Assembly: GCA_951804945.1 (NCBI GenBank)
Contig: OX638153.1
Coordinates: 29,884,001-29,948,000, forward strand
DNA from: Podarcis cretensis
Lineage: Eukaryota
Length of the DNA: 64,000 bases
Direction of reading: 5' to 3'
Part shown: positions 62,520 through 64,000 of the stretch, piece by piece
How the letters are laid out: each line of letters starts with the position of its first letter
How positions within the stretch are numbered: position 1 is the first letter of the stretch
Position numbers and translations under genes: made by a program
The notes under the pieces: generated by a model
The model's input: only the letters and a program-made list of their open reading frames with translations
Told to the model about the DNA's origin: nothing
The model's database searches: none

Positions 62520-62660
62520 CAGTGTTTCCCAAACTTGGGTCGTCATCTGTTTTTGGACTACAACTCCCATCATTCCTAGTTAACAGGAACAGTGGTCAGG
62601 GATGATGGGAATTGTAGTCCAAAAAAAACAACGACAGAGACCTAAGTTTGGGAAGCACTG
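62520..62660. mobile_element. hAT MITE (true left end at 62157, split by the SINE)
   Basis: CAGTGTTTCCCAAACTTGGGTC...GACCTAAGTTTGGGAAGCACTG; degenerate TSD ACCTAGTA/ATCTAGTG. Confidence 0.8.
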
Positions 62661-63699
62661 ATCTAGTGCATCTGCATGTAGGAGACACCAGTAGAAGGAG
62701 GGATTTTAATAGGCTTTCTTGTCATCTGAAGAACAGAAAAGCCTACAGAATAATTATCCCATTTTCTCAGCTACACTTGAGAAGGAATTGGCTAACAGCC
62801 AGCCATATTTGCATAAAAAAGCCAAATGTGTTGCCACAAATTCAACTTCTATATCATTGGAGACCAAAGTACCAGATAGTGCAAGCTTAGATTATTAAAA
62901 TTATTTTTTAACTAAAGGATTGGAAGACAGGAGGTGACTTGATTGCTATGTTTCAAAAGAAGTATCATTGTATTTAACTATAAGAGGAAAAGAAAACCAA
63001 ACACGTGTATAAAAAAATTACCTTTCTACCATTTTGTGCTAAGTCCTGATTAGAACAAAAATACTTGGGTTGGTCCTTTTTCTTATTCTTCCAATTGTAA
63101 TACTTGGCAAGTATCATTAAATATAGGGACACATCTGACCCATATAAGCATCTATCCATAACAAATGTGGAGTGTGCCATAATTGGAAAGCCTCCCCGTT
63201 CCCTTTGTTGGAAGCTAAAATGTATCTGGATACTTTTACAGAATAGATAAGCTTAGGGCTGAGACTTCAGCTTTTTAGGAGGACATATGACCACCCTCTT
63301 GACAAATGGGGCACAAACACAAGATACTGGCTCAGCGCCCAATGCTGAGTCTTTAACCCTTCAGCAGCAGTATTTATGCCAACTGCTTTATTAGCACAGT
63401 GTGCCATAGGATTGGCCGAACACTTTAAAAACAATTCCCAATTCCAAAAATCACACAGAAATAAAAAAGGAGCTAAGAACATGCAATTATCTCGTCATGA
63501 TGAAGGTACATAAACATTTCTGTTCCCATCATTAGCCCATTCTGCATCACTTGTGTTGTTTTGTGCTTGTCTGATGTGTCAAAGTACTGTGATGAGGACC
63601 CTTTCTACACTAGCAGTACCTTTGGTCTTTGAACAGCTAAAAATTGGCTGATGGTGCTGCATGTTTTTAAAGCATGATATATATACTGGCGCACAAGGT

Positions 63700-64000
63700 C
63701 CTGGATGTTTTTGGGTCCCAAGTGCTCAGAACCTCCCTCAAGAAGCCCTACCAACCCGACCCTGGTGAGGACCTGCCCTTTGGCAGCCTGGCAAGAAAAC
63801 GTGCGCGCGACCTCATTTGCCTACGGCCCTACGAGGATGTTCAACGCAACTTAACGAGCCAAGTGCCCGCCGCGGCTTCGGCGGCGCTTGTTCCCAGGCA
63901 GGCGCGCGCGCGCGCGCTCATCGGGTAGGAAGGAGCCTGACTGAAGGGGAGCAGGACCTGCCATTTCCAGAGGCGGGCAGGGGGGTCGGGCCGCAGCCGC
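63700..64000. promoter_or_regulatory. Start of a CpG island, probably the STOX1 promoter
   Basis: Sharp rise in GC/CpG, (GC)8 at 63902-63917. STOX1 follows CCAR1 in the conserved TET1-CCAR1-STOX1 order; no coding sequence is visible. Confidence 0.55.

Noticed and set aside
63674-63928. 84-aa ORF as the STOX1 start
   Set aside because: No recognisable STOX1 sequence; the coding start is probably beyond the window.

Overview
Vertebrate genomic DNA, most likely a lacertid lizard (inferred from Sauria SINEs of the Podarcis/Lacerta type), with all recognised genes on the + strand. Positions 5235-14734 hold the last six coding exons of TET1, a complete Cys-rich/DSBH catalytic C-terminus of 680 aa. 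They are followed by what appears to be a ~12.4 kb miRNA-site-rich 3'UTR ending near 27100. A CpG-island promoter at ~29050-30250 drives CCAR1: non-coding exon 1, ATG at 30924, stop at 56338, with 23 of 24 coding exons visible and exon 14 apparently falling in the N-gap at 46709-47008. The C/D snoRNA SNORD98 lies in CCAR1 intron 12. A second CpG island starts at the window end, probably the STOX1 promoter by synteny. Introns and intergenic DNA carry Sauria SINEs, 5S-derived SINEs, CR1/L2 fragments, Tc1/pogo and hAT MITEs, and Penelope remnants. The most interesting observations are: (1) a 1.15 kb TSD-flanked non-autonomous L1-like element with a consensus CTCF site, YY1 site, splice donor and polyA signal in CCAR1 intron 8; (2) a candidate poison exon with stops in all three frames upstream of CCAR1 exon 15; (3) a young inverted SINE pair bracketing CCAR1 exons 20-24 (circRNA/ADAR substrate); (4) the very long TET1 3'UTR; (5) an extended external stem on SNORD98. 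Exon numbering follows the human genes from memory. No database searches were run.
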